A DNA stretch of 64,000 nt, from positions 5,696,001-5,760,000 of the forward strand of contig OZ241867.1 in NCBI GenBank assembly GCA_965203175.1, in the 5' to 3' direction. The position numbers and the translations under genes were made by a program. Positions 1-9,162 of the stretch are shown here, one piece after another; positions within the stretch are counted from its first letter, which is position 1, and each line of letters begins with the position of its first letter. Below the pieces are notes generated by a model. The model ran no database searches. It saw nothing but the letters and a program-made list of their open reading frames with translations, and was not told the DNA's origin. This DNA comes from Candidatus Latescibacterota bacterium. GTDB lineage: Bacteria > Latescibacterota > UBA2968 > UBA8231.

Positions 1-772
1 TCTGCCCAGCAGTGAGGCTGCCAGCAACCAAATCGCCGGTGAACATGTCGAGCAGTGTATTGCCATTGCTGGCGTCCATCACTTGGGCACCGACCTCGAC
101 GAAATCACCTACCTGGAACGTCGCTCGCCCACCAAATAACGAGGTGATATTAGTCTGCGTCACCGGCTCGGTAATCCCGCCCGAAAGCTGGGTGGAGCCG
201 CGGATCGGCTCGCTGATGCGCGAGGCGAGGATCGTCGCCTGATACTTGTCCGAGGCAAAATCCACCTGCACCCCGTTGAAGTCCGGCTTGGAAAACGTCA
301 TCGGCGTCAGCGTCGTGCGAATCCGGTCGCCAACCGTAATCGCGTAGTTGTACTGACCCTGCGAATCGCCGCTGATGGTCACCGCGTTGAACCAGCGATT
401 GAAGCGCGTGCTCTGGAAGATGCCGCTGCCCAAGGGCTGCGGCTGGAACTGACGCCAGTCGTAGATCAGCCAACCGCGCGTAGTAAAATTGCCATACACA
501 TCGTAGAAGTAGTCGCCCTCGCGGGTAGTGTTGACGTAGCGCTCATACGGAGTGCGGGCGTAGTTGGAGTACTCCCATTGACGCCAGCCGTAGTCCACGA
601 AGAGTTCCTGCGGCACGTACCACTTTTTGACCGCCGGATCGAGTGCACCAAAGAGCACGCCCGGGCCAGTCGGCTCAAAGCTGACGCCCCCGCCGCGCTG
701 GACGTTGGTCTGGCCTCGGGCCGAAACGCCCACTATCAGCACCAGTCCCAAGATGACGAAGTATTTCTTCAT
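1..772 (-). CDS. Secreted hypothetical protein, possibly outer-membrane; 3' end runs off the window
   Basis: Absent from the ORF track because it has no stop in the window. Manual translation from ATG 772 gives MKKYFVILGLVLIVGVSA (signal peptide), then GGGVSFEPTGPGVLFGALDPAVKKWYVPQEL...; the frame stays open to position 1. It starts 16 bp after the 789-3050 gene. Confidence 0.8.
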   Translation of the reverse strand, partial: MKKYFVILGLVLIVGVSARGQTNVQRGGGVSFEPTGPGVLFGALDPAVKKWYVPQELFVDYGWRQWEYSNYARTPYERYVNTTREGDYFYDVYGNFTTRGWLIYDWRQFQPQPLGSGIFQSTRFNRWFNAVTISGDSQGQYNYAITVGDRIRTTLTPMTFSKPDFNGVQVDFASDKYQATILASRISEPIRGSTQLSGGITEPVTQTNITSLFGGRATFQVGDFVEVGAQVMDASNGNTLLDMFTGDLVAGSLTAGQ

Positions 773-788
773 AGCACCCATTTTCCGT

Positions 789-3050
789 TCAATATGCCAC
801 CACAACCGCGGCGACCGCTCTAGCTCGGCCCGTCTTGGCGTCCAACGCGACGCTGAACACGTAATTGCCCGGCGGCACCAACTGTCCCGCGTCGTCGCGT
901 CCATCCCAAAGCCGGGCAAAGCGCCCACTCTGATCCAGCGCGTCGTACAAATGCCGCACCGGCCGACCGGCCAGATCGAAAATCGCAACCCGCAGCGGCG
1001 TGGGGCGGCCCACATTGGTCAGGTCGTATTGCAACTCGGCTTGGTCGTTGACATCGTCCCCATTGGGAGTAAAAACCGGCGGCTGAGCGCGCACGTTAAT
1101 CAGCAGTTCGCCGGAGATGGGTACTTGCACCGACAGATTGCCCTCAAAAGGCGTACCCAGCGCCTGCGTGTCCGGGTCGCCCTCCCCCAAATCGGCCGCA
1201 TTGCCAGCCACTACACTCTGCCCCAACTGACCCTCGGATGCGGTGTTAAACACCTGGCCGCTGAACGTGGTGCCGAAGCGCAGAACCGCGTTTGCAAAAC
1301 TCACCCGCAACTCCGTGTCGTCCTCGCCCACAATCGGGAACTCAATGGCAAAGGCATCGTCGGCTACCTCTACAACCGCAAAGTCGCCGCGCACCACTGG
1401 CAACTCGTCGAGCATCGCGCCGCTGAAATCAGCTTCCAACACATCGCCCTCGGGTGGGTGTATCCGCACCGCTCCGACCCGTTCCACCCGGAGCGGAGTG
1501 GCGATCCGCAAGCGGTTAAAACCCCGATCCTGACCAGTGCGAAACTTGCTCCGCACCGCGTAGGTGAAGTCCGTCTTCTCGCCCAAGGCTGCGCTGCGGG
1601 GGCCGATCTCGGCGATCAATTCCTCGGCAAAGGGCGATGGCAGCACGTCAAAGGAAAGCCCTCCAACGCCCGTGGCCGCCTCGAAGTCGTCGCTGAAGAA
1701 CTCGATCATAAACTGGAAATAGCGCCTCGGGCTTGGCGAGACGATGGGCCCACCCGCGCCCTCGGTGCCCAAGGTCTCCGGAAGGACGATACTACTCGGG
1801 GAATAGGGCGGTGACCACGCGCTCCAGTTGCTCACGTCGTTGCGGATCGTCGCCCGGTCGCCGCGTGGAAGTTTCTTGTAGTCGGCCTCGCTCAACGTCA
1901 CCTGCTCCCGCTCCTCCTGCGACAGCGTATTAAACGCCTGTACCGCGTCGCGCAAATCTACTTCCTCGTTGTCGAGGACCTCCGCAACTAGCGCCTGCAG
2001 GCCCTCGTCTTCGATATCTTTGGCGAATTTCCACGGCACCCCCACTTCTCCCGTGCCTAAGCCGCTGCTGATCCCAGCGCCACTGCCCCCAGCCCCACCG
2101 GACTGCAACCCAACATTGCCCCCACCGACGCGGAAGATCTTCTCGCCAGGCCGCACCTTGTTGAATTCCACCGGCTCGGGATCAATACCTGTGCGCGTGC
2201 GCACCGCAATCCGCGAGAGCTGCGGATCGCCGACTTGCTCCTGCACCCAGCGCACATTGCCCAACAGCGCCAGATCGCCAAAGTCAAAGATATTGGAGAT
2301 ATAGACGGCCTCGGGCACAAAGCCCGTGCCAAAGACCTGGAACTCGGCAATGTCAAAACCCAGCGCCGTCAGGGACTTGAGCCGCACGAAGCGCACGTAT
2401 TGCGGCGGGATGCGGATATCGACGACCGCCTCTTCGTTTTGACCCTCTAGCGCCACACTCGTGCGGATGGGCACCCCCTCGCGCTGAGTGTCCGGCGTAC
2501 CGTCGTTGATGAAGATCTCAAAGCTGCGCATGAAATCGTTTTGGAAGGGGAAATTCGGCGCGGGGAATTCGGGCGCGGCGTTGCGCGGAAAGAAGCGGAA
2601 GCGATTGACGCCAAAGCGCGCGCCCAAGTCCAAGTCGATGATCAGCCCCAAAACCTGGGCACTTTTGGCCCCGGCACTCAAGCGCAGATCGAGTCCACTC
2701 TGGCCGTCGTTGTCGATGAGCTTGGCCAGTTCGCCGCGAACGTTGAGGTTGTTGGGCGAAGTGATCGAACCGCCGCGCGACTCGGTGTTGGCCCCGAGGG
2801 CGATGTTTAGCGTGGTATCGGCGCGCTGGGGAAAAATCCAGTCCGCAAAATTAGCGGCTGCAAAGTCGATAACGCCGCCGGGCGCGTTGGTGTTCTCAAC
2901 GCTTTGGGCACTGCGAATGACCTTGGCTTGGATCTCGCCGCCACCATCGCGCCAACTCAGTCCGCTCGCACCGACGACGATGGTGTCGGCAGCAGCGGGC
3001 AGGACGCTCAAGGCGGCGATGAAGACGGCGCAAAGAAGGGGATATTGCAT
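789..3050 (-). CDS. Secreted protein with C-terminal FlgD Ig-like / gliding-motility-CTD-like domain
   Basis: 753 aa with signal peptide (LPAAA-D). The C-terminus VFTPNGDDVND...IFDLAGRPVR...WDGRDDAGQLVPPGNY is typical of FlgD_ig/CHU_C-like domains. Confidence 0.8.
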   Translation of the reverse strand: MQYPLLCAVFIAALSVLPAAADTIVVGASGLSWRDGGGEIQAKVIRSAQSVENTNAPGGVIDFAAANFADWIFPQRADTTLNIALGANTESRGGSITSPNNLNVRGELAKLIDNDGQSGLDLRLSAGAKSAQVLGLIIDLDLGARFGVNRFRFFPRNAAPEFPAPNFPFQNDFMRSFEIFINDGTPDTQREGVPIRTSVALEGQNEEAVVDIRIPPQYVRFVRLKSLTALGFDIAEFQVFGTGFVPEAVYISNIFDFGDLALLGNVRWVQEQVGDPQLSRIAVRTRTGIDPEPVEFNKVRPGEKIFRVGGGNVGLQSGGAGGSGAGISSGLGTGEVGVPWKFAKDIEDEGLQALVAEVLDNEEVDLRDAVQAFNTLSQEEREQVTLSEADYKKLPRGDRATIRNDVSNWSAWSPPYSPSSIVLPETLGTEGAGGPIVSPSPRRYFQFMIEFFSDDFEAATGVGGLSFDVLPSPFAEELIAEIGPRSAALGEKTDFTYAVRSKFRTGQDRGFNRLRIATPLRVERVGAVRIHPPEGDVLEADFSGAMLDELPVVRGDFAVVEVADDAFAIEFPIVGEDDTELRVSFANAVLRFGTTFSGQVFNTASEGQLGQSVVAGNAADLGEGDPDTQALGTPFEGNLSVQVPISGELLINVRAQPPVFTPNGDDVNDQAELQYDLTNVGRPTPLRVAIFDLAGRPVRHLYDALDQSGRFARLWDGRDDAGQLVPPGNYVFSVALDAKTGRARAVAAVVVAY

Positions 3051-3056
3051 GGCTGT

Positions 3057-3085
3057 TTGTTACGCTTTTCCGCCGGACTTGTCAA
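3057..3085 (-). promoter_or_regulatory. Sigma70-like promoter, probably leaderless, for the 789-3050 gene
   Basis: Minus strand TTGACA-17 nt-TAACAA-6 nt-ATG, with no Shine-Dalgarno sequence. Confidence 0.5.
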
Positions 3086-3302
3086 GAATCCGCCGCGCAG
3101 ACGGCAGGGCAGGCCAGCCAGCGAACTGCCAAAAAGTTGAAGGCCGATCTCGGCCGGGCTTCGTACTCCCCCAAACAGCGAAAGGAACCTAAGCAACCCA
3201 TTGATGGATACCATTCGACACAGCTTGCGCCGACTACGCACCGCCCTATCAGACTGTCCGCTCTGGCATGGATATTGCAGGACACGCACCGGAAGCCGCC
3301 TG

Positions 3303-3331
3303 TTGGTGGTTTTTAGTCCTTCATTTATATT
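3303..3331 (+). promoter_or_regulatory. Sigma70-like promoter for the 3353 gene
   Basis: TTGGTG-17 nt-TATATT, followed by a GAGGA RBS before ATG 3353. Confidence 0.5.
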
Positions 3332-3352
3332 CCCCCACTGAGGAATCCAGCC

Positions 3353-3685
3353 ATGAGCGAAAGCACCGACCCCCAAACTCGTGCGGTCCCTACCCCTGAA
3401 GAAATGCCTTGGAGCATTAGCTATTTGCGCGACGATATTAAAGATCTGCGCACCCAAGTAGGTGCCATACATGGGCGCATCGACGAAACCAACAAGCGCA
3501 TCGATGAGACCAACCGCTCATTGGGCAAACGCATCGACGAAACCAACAAGCGCATCGACGAGACCAACCGCTCATTGGGTGAACAAATTCGCGCACTCCA
3601 TAAGCGCATGGACACCTATTTCCTTTGGATGATGGGCACGTTGGTGGCCATCACCAGCGTCCTCATCGCCGTCATCAAGCTCTGA
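3353..3685 (+). CDS. Small coiled-coil repeat protein with C-terminal TM anchor (CCDC90/DUF1640/Bdr-like architecture)
   Basis: 110 aa with RBS. RIDETNK/RIDETNR repeats are followed by the hydrophobic tail FLWMMGTLVAITSVLIAVIKL. Confidence 0.8.
   Translation: MSESTDPQTRAVPTPEEMPWSISYLRDDIKDLRTQVGAIHGRIDETNKRIDETNRSLGKRIDETNKRIDETNRSLGEQIRALHKRMDTYFLWMMGTLVAITSVLIAVIKL
3476..3583 (+). repeat. Intragenic tandem repeat, 2 x 54 bp, each with a 21-bp subrepeat
   Basis: cgcatcgacgaaaccaacaagcgcatcga(t/c)gagaccaaccgctcattggg at 3476 and 3530. Confidence 0.95.
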
Positions 3686-3860
3686 CCCGCCACCCATCGG
3701 CCGGCCCCTCGAACGCGGTCGAGCTTACCAGTCGTCAACCATGCGACCGGCCTCGTCGAGGGATCGCATGATCGGCAACAGTACTATCGCGACGATGGCC
3801 GCACCGTAGCGTTCCAGTTGGCGCGGCCTATCCCTTCGATGCGTCCCAATTATAGCCCGT

Positions 3861-5399
3861 ATGCTACCAAAACTCTCATTTGCTACCTTGCTCTTCTTGA
3901 GCACCGCCTTGAGCGCCCAGACGCCCGCGGCCGATACCACCATCGCCGGCCAAACCCTGCCCCTACTCCCCATTGAGACTCTGATCGCCCAATTACAACG
4001 CCCAGCCAACGGCCCAGCCGTCATCCATCGGCAGGTTGCCTTCCGCGGACGCCTGTTTGCGCCAACTTCAGGACTCGACACCCTGCGCGTCCCCCTCGAC
4101 TTGGAGGAAGTGTACTTTCTCGACGAGGTGTCCTTCAGCCAAGTAGTGTTCCTCACCCCAGTGCGCTTTGAACGCGCTCACTTTGCCGGTGGCCTCTCCT
4201 TTGCCGAAGCGAGCTTTACCGACGACTTCTCCCTGCGCGCAAGCCATCTGGCCAAACACGCGACCTTCCAAAAGACCCACTTCCTCGGCGATGCCAACCT
4301 AACCGCAAGCCGCTTCGCTGGAGTCGCCTCATTCGTTGGCGCGCGCTTCGCTAGCCAGCGCGCCCACTTCGCCCAGACCCAATTCGACAACGCCGCCTAT
4401 TTCGAGCAGGCCGCCTTTGCCGCGCCAGCCACCTTCACCGACGCCGCCTTCGCCGGAATCGCCTCTTTCAAAGAGACCACTTGGGCGCAGCCCATATCTT
4501 TCGCTGGAGTCCGCTTCGCCGACCGAGCGCTGTTTTGGGATGCGCGCTTCGCCGAGGAAGTGTCCTTCGACAGCGGACGTGCCGACGGGGAAGTCGCCTT
4601 CGACCGAGCGCGTTTCAGCGGCGAGGCGTCCTTTGCCGACTTCACCTTTGCGCGGGCGGCGCGCTTCCGCAGTGCGACCTTTGACCAAGTCCACTTTGAC
4701 GGAGCGTATTTCCGCCAAGAAGCCGACTTCAGCGAGAGCGAGGGCCGCGTCATCCGCCTCAGTGCATTCTTCAACCGCTCCCTCGACCTGAGCCGCGCCG
4801 CCTTCGCCTTGATTGATCTGCGAACAGCCGGAGCGGATTCGACCTTTGCCACTAACAGTCACCTCTACTTGCACCAGCCGCGCTTCGGCCGCATCCAAGT
4901 GCGCTGGCTCCAGCTAGCAGGCCATCTCGCCGCAGCCGACTCAACCCACACCGCCCTCGACCCAACCTACGCCGCCCTGTACCACCAATTCCTAGCCCAA
5001 GGCTTGAACAGCGACGCCGCGTCCTGCCGCGCCGAACGCATGGACCACCAGCGCCTCGCACGCGCATGGAACGAGCCAGCGCGCTGGGGCCTAGAACTGT
5101 GGCGACTAAGTTCGGATTACGGCACGGCCCCCCAGCGAATAATCGCCTTCATGCTCGCCATTATCCTCCTCTGTGGCTTGGCGTACCGCACAGCTTCCGG
5201 CTCCATGCGCTCCGCCTCCAGCGCAAACCAACCCACCCTCGCCGACTGCATCGCCTTCAGCCTCTACACCTTCATCCACGTCAACTCCCGCGCTTGGGAT
5301 GCGACGGGCAAGCTCAAGCTCCTCGTTGTCGCAGAGGCCCTGCTAGGCTGGGTCTCCTTCGGCCTGCTAATCGCCGCAGCTTTGGCCCACGTGCTGTGA
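3861..5399 (+). CDS. Pentapeptide-repeat protein with C-terminal two-TM channel-like domain
   Basis: Long A(S/T/R)F-xx pentapeptide array, then SSDYG-TM-FSLYTF-EALLGW-TM, as in pentapeptide/Ion_trans_2 fusions. The N-terminus resembles a signal peptide. Confidence 0.8.
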   Translation: MLPKLSFATLLFLSTALSAQTPAADTTIAGQTLPLLPIETLIAQLQRPANGPAVIHRQVAFRGRLFAPTSGLDTLRVPLDLEEVYFLDEVSFSQVVFLTPVRFERAHFAGGLSFAEASFTDDFSLRASHLAKHATFQKTHFLGDANLTASRFAGVASFVGARFASQRAHFAQTQFDNAAYFEQAAFAAPATFTDAAFAGIASFKETTWAQPISFAGVRFADRALFWDARFAEEVSFDSGRADGEVAFDRARFSGEASFADFTFARAARFRSATFDQVHFDGAYFRQEADFSESEGRVIRLSAFFNRSLDLSRAAFALIDLRTAGADSTFATNSHLYLHQPRFGRIQVRWLQLAGHLAAADSTHTALDPTYAALYHQFLAQGLNSDAASCRAERMDHQRLARAWNEPARWGLELWRLSSDYGTAPQRIIAFMLAIILLCGLAYRTASGSMRSASSANQPTLADCIAFSLYTFIHVNSRAWDATGKLKLLVVAEALLGWVSFGLLIAAALAHVL

Positions 5400-5415
5400 T
5401 CTGGCCTCTGCCACC

Positions 5416-5607
5416 TTATTGCTGGCGGTCCGCTACTAGCACCCCGCCTCTTGCCCAATTCTCGCGCTCGCATTCTTCGAGCACTACCGTCGTCCCCTCC
5501 CGGGGCGCATCGCAGGTATCCACTATGGCTTGGGTCAGCGCTTCGACTAAGGCCCGCTTCTGCTCGGTGGAACGCCCTGCAAGCATCTTCACGTTGATAA
5601 ACGGCAT
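5416..5607 (-). CDS. 4-oxalocrotonate tautomerase family protein
   Basis: 63 aa with catalytic Pro-1 (M-PFINV), GRSTEQKRAL and NWARGG. Confidence 0.9.
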   Translation of the reverse strand: MPFINVKMLAGRSTEQKRALVEALTQAIVDTCDAPREGTTVVLEECERENWARGGVLVADRQQ

Positions 5608-5638
5608 TGTCCGTTCTCCCGTTTAGTGGTTAGTAGAC

Positions 5639-7306
5639 ATGTGTCCAGTCTCACAATCTGCACGCCCGCGCATCCGATTTCAAGTGCCAATATGGGGTCT
5701 CGCCCTCGCCAGCACTCTCTGCGCCTGCTCCCCTAAAGACCCTCCAGCACCACCAGTGCATTTCGCCGACGCTGGAGCTGCCGCTGGCATCGACTTCGTC
5801 CACTACAACGGCTTTTCCGGCGAATACTACTATGTCGAAACCTTCGGTGCCGGAGCGGCCTTCTTCGACTACGACAGCGATGGCCACCTCGACCTCTACC
5901 TTGCCAACGGCACCTACCTAACCGGTCATCCCCCGGACCAACCGCCGGTCAATCGGCTCTATCGCAATGCGGGCGCAGACACCTTCGCCGACGTCACCGC
6001 CCACAGTGGCAGCGCCGACCCCGGCTACGGCTTTGGCGTTGCGGCCGCAGACTACGACGCCGACGGCGATCCCGACCTCTTCGTCGCCAATTACGGCCCC
6101 AATGCCCTCTACCGCAACGACCAAGGCACCTTCGCCAAAATATCGGCTGGCCTAGCAGATCCGCGCTGGGGCTCCAGTGCCGGTTTCCTCGACTACGATC
6201 TCGACGGCGATCTCGACCTGTTCGTCGCCAATTATGTGCGCTACGCCCTCGACGATGAATCCGTTTGCCAACAGGGCCAAGTGCGCTCGTACTGTGAGCC
6301 TAGCGTGTATGACCCCACCGGCGACCTCCTCTACCGCAACGACGGCAACACCTTCGCCGACGTCACTGAGGAGACCGGCATCGCACTCAAGGGCAAGGGG
6401 CTGGGTGTCGCGCTGGCCGATTACGACCGCGACGGCGATACCGACATCTACGTGGCCAACGACGGCACCATGAACTTTCTCTACGCCAACCAGCACAGCA
6501 CCTTCGCCGAAGTGGGCTTGATCGCTGGCACTCGCTACAACGAGCACGGGCACGCCGACGCGGGTATGGGCGTCGATTTTGGCGACTACGACCGCGATGG
6601 CGATGCCGACCTCTTCGTCACCAACTTCGCCTTTGAAACCAACGCCCTCTACCGCAACGACGGCCAAGGCCAATTCGCCGTCGCCACCCAGCGCCTAGGA
6701 CTGGCCGATCCTTCGTACCGACACCTCGGCTTTGGCACCAAGTTTTTCGACTACGACAACGACGGCGACCTCGACCTCTTCGCCGCCAACGGCCACGTCA
6801 TCGACCGCATTGCAGAAGTGGATTCGAGCCAGACCTATCGGCAACCCAACCAGATGTTCCGCAACGACGCTGGCCGCCGCTTTGCCGATGTCTCGGCCAC
6901 GATGGGACCAAATTTTCAAAAGGCCAACGCCGGTCGGGCTACGGCGGTGGCCGACTACGACGACGACGGCGACCTCGACCTCCTAGTGACCACAGTAGCA
7001 GCCCGGCCGCGACTGTTGCGCAACGACGGCGGCAATGCCCATCACTGGCTACAAATCCTGTTAGTGGGAAAGATCCACCCCGATGCCCTTGGTACGCGAG
7101 TGGAGGTTGTAGCCGACGGAATACGCCAAGTGCAGGAGCGCCAATCGGGCGGCAGCTATCTGTCCAGCCACGACCCCCGCCTGCACTTCGGACTGGGCGC
7201 GGCCACGAGCGCCCAAGTGGAAATCTACTGGCCGGATGGGACGCATCAAATCATAGAAGAGGTCGCCGCCAACCAAGTGCTCAAAGTCATCCAGCCAGAC
7301 CCCTAG
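5639..7306 (+). CDS. CRTAC1 family (FG-GAP/VCBS + ASPIC/UnbV) protein, probable lipoprotein
   Basis: Repeated DYDxDGDxDL and LYRNxG motifs, C-terminal GGSYLSSHDPRLHFGLG, and a lipobox-like LCAC. Confidence 0.9.
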   Translation: MCPVSQSARPRIRFQVPIWGLALASTLCACSPKDPPAPPVHFADAGAAAGIDFVHYNGFSGEYYYVETFGAGAAFFDYDSDGHLDLYLANGTYLTGHPPDQPPVNRLYRNAGADTFADVTAHSGSADPGYGFGVAAADYDADGDPDLFVANYGPNALYRNDQGTFAKISAGLADPRWGSSAGFLDYDLDGDLDLFVANYVRYALDDESVCQQGQVRSYCEPSVYDPTGDLLYRNDGNTFADVTEETGIALKGKGLGVALADYDRDGDTDIYVANDGTMNFLYANQHSTFAEVGLIAGTRYNEHGHADAGMGVDFGDYDRDGDADLFVTNFAFETNALYRNDGQGQFAVATQRLGLADPSYRHLGFGTKFFDYDNDGDLDLFAANGHVIDRIAEVDSSQTYRQPNQMFRNDAGRRFADVSATMGPNFQKANAGRATAVADYDDDGDLDLLVTTVAARPRLLRNDGGNAHHWLQILLVGKIHPDALGTRVEVVADGIRQVQERQSGGSYLSSHDPRLHFGLGAATSAQVEIYWPDGTHQIIEEVAANQVLKVIQPDP

Positions 7307-9108
7307 CGGCCCAACGCCCGCGTCTGTATCTCTTCGTAGAACTGACGCAAGCGCTCGCGCTCGGCGGGCAAGTGATCGACCGCTCGTTGGAGGACGTGCG
7401 CTGCTCGGGCTAGATCGCCCATCTGCCCGTAGAGGCGGATCATCTCCACGTAAGCTGGTAGTAGCTTGGGATTAGCCTTAAGCGCGGCCTCGTAGTAGCT
7501 AAAGGCTCCTTCTATGTCTCGCTGCATGATCCGCACGTGCGCCAAGTTCATCCACGGCTCGACTTGCCGAGGGGCCTTTTGCGCCACCCGCACAAAAATT
7601 TCTTCGCCGCCTGTGAGGTCACCCAGCGCCGCCTTGACCCCACCCAGATTTAACCACGCCTGCCAATACTCGGGATCCTCAGCCACCGCCCGCTCAAACG
7701 CCGCCAGTGCTCGCTCTTTGTCCCCAGCCTCGGCATACGCGTTGCCCAGGTTGTAGTGGATGGCAGCATCCCCCTCCATGTCCATTGGCGCTAGGTGGCT
7801 ATTGGCCACCAACGCAAAGGCCGAGCAAACAGCCAATCCCAGTCCTAGGCCGCGCCAATAGCCCGCCCGCCCCCAATCCCACAACGCCCACACCCCATAG
7901 GCGGCAAAGACTATGAGTACTGGCAACACTGGCACTCGGTAGCGCGCAGCCACAAAAAACGCAATCACCCCCAAGCAATAGCACAGCACGTACAGCAGCG
8001 GCCACGTCGGCCCGACTCGCCGCAGACTTAGCAACATGCCCCACAGCGCCAAAGGAGCCACCAAGCCAAAGGGGAAGGCAATGCCCGCTTTCCACAAAGT
8101 CGCCGACAGCACCGTTGAATAGGTGCGCCAGAAGTAGATCGGCTGATTGCGCCCCCGCTCATCGCCGTGCCAAAACGCCCCTAATTTGCGCCCCATCAAT
8201 CCCAGCCACCCAGTCGGATCGCCCCGTATGTAGTCCCAAGCCCGCGCGGCAAAATAAGCCGACTTAGCCGAGGGCCGCTCAATCCCCTCCCGCGCCGGTT
8301 GGGTAACTAAATCGTCCCACTCCCACCCCGGACGAATGGCCACAGTCTCTGCATAGTCGGGATTATTGCCAATGTACAGATTGATCCCCGCGTTGTAGGA
8401 AATCCCCACCCCGTCGCCGCCAATGGCCCAGTTGCGCCAAGCCACCGGCGCGATGGCCAAGACCACGCCGAGTGAAAACGCACCGGCCCAAATCAAACCC
8501 TGCCGACGGGGAGTACGCCATAAGAGGACGATGGGCACGGCTGCCGCAAAAGTCAGCACCGTCGGGACCGCCAACGCACCAATGCCAAAGGCCACCCCAG
8601 TACCCAAAAACCCCCAATGGCTCGGACGACGCCAGACGAGCAAAAGCACCACTAGAGCCAGCAGATCGACAAAGGCGGCTAACGAAGCCGGCAACAGCTC
8701 GCCGTCAAAAAAGATCAGCGGCCCGCACAGCGCCGCGCCGACCCCAGCGAGCAACCCCACCGCCGGATTGAACAAAGCGCGCCCGACCCACCAACTCATC
8801 GCGCAGATCAGCGCCCCTAGCAGGGCCTGCACAAAACGCACGGCGTAAAAAAATGACTCTGGAAAAAGACTCTTTACCGCCCCGAGGAAGTACGGGTAGA
8901 GCGGCGGCTGCCAAAACGGCCCCTCACCGACGCCCAACCAATTGCCCGCAGCCAAGCGCTGGGCGTGGTGGGTGTACGTCTTGGCATCGACCGCCGGATG
9001 CTCAAAAAGCGGACTCGCATCTGCTTCGAGGATATAGGCGAGCCGCACCGCGAGGGCGAGGGCAAAGACGAGCCAGCCCAAGCGCCCACCCTGTAACCCG
9101 GCGATCAT
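7303..9108 (-). CDS. GT-C fold (GT39/PMT_2-like) membrane glycosyltransferase with C-terminal TPRs
   Basis: Multi-TM protein with first-loop DAKTY, PFWQPPLYPYFL and RYRVP motifs, and TPRs (IHYNLGNAY, AWLNLG). Confidence 0.8.
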   Translation of the reverse strand: MIAGLQGGRLGWLVFALALAVRLAYILEADASPLFEHPAVDAKTYTHHAQRLAAGNWLGVGEGPFWQPPLYPYFLGAVKSLFPESFFYAVRFVQALLGALICAMSWWVGRALFNPAVGLLAGVGAALCGPLIFFDGELLPASLAAFVDLLALVVLLLVWRRPSHWGFLGTGVAFGIGALAVPTVLTFAAAVPIVLLWRTPRRQGLIWAGAFSLGVVLAIAPVAWRNWAIGGDGVGISYNAGINLYIGNNPDYAETVAIRPGWEWDDLVTQPAREGIERPSAKSAYFAARAWDYIRGDPTGWLGLMGRKLGAFWHGDERGRNQPIYFWRTYSTVLSATLWKAGIAFPFGLVAPLALWGMLLSLRRVGPTWPLLYVLCYCLGVIAFFVAARYRVPVLPVLIVFAAYGVWALWDWGRAGYWRGLGLGLAVCSAFALVANSHLAPMDMEGDAAIHYNLGNAYAEAGDKERALAAFERAVAEDPEYWQAWLNLGGVKAALGDLTGGEEIFVRVAQKAPRQVEPWMNLAHVRIMQRDIEGAFSYYEAALKANPKLLPAYVEMIRLYGQMGDLARAAHVLQRAVDHLPAERERLRQFYEEIQTRALGR

Positions 9109-9162
9109 TGCGTATATATCTGCTGAATGGTATCGTTAGTGGCCATCAACCAACAGACAACT

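Noticed and set aside
627-1814. Long opposite-strand or alternate-frame ORFs (also 10140-11138, 17282-18337, 22140-23327, 25535-26707, 39403-40383, 58314-59756)
   Set aside because: They overlap well-supported genes, lack recognisable motifs, and are expected shadows in high-GC DNA.
3476-3583. Tandem repeats (also 14780-15160 and 57189-57268) as CRISPR arrays
   Set aside because: They have no unique spacers, two are in-frame coding repeats, and no cas genes are present.
3741-3771. Imperfect hairpin catgcga...tcgcatg downstream of the coiled-coil gene
   Set aside because: No U-tract and no second copy were seen; it could arise by chance in GC-rich DNA.
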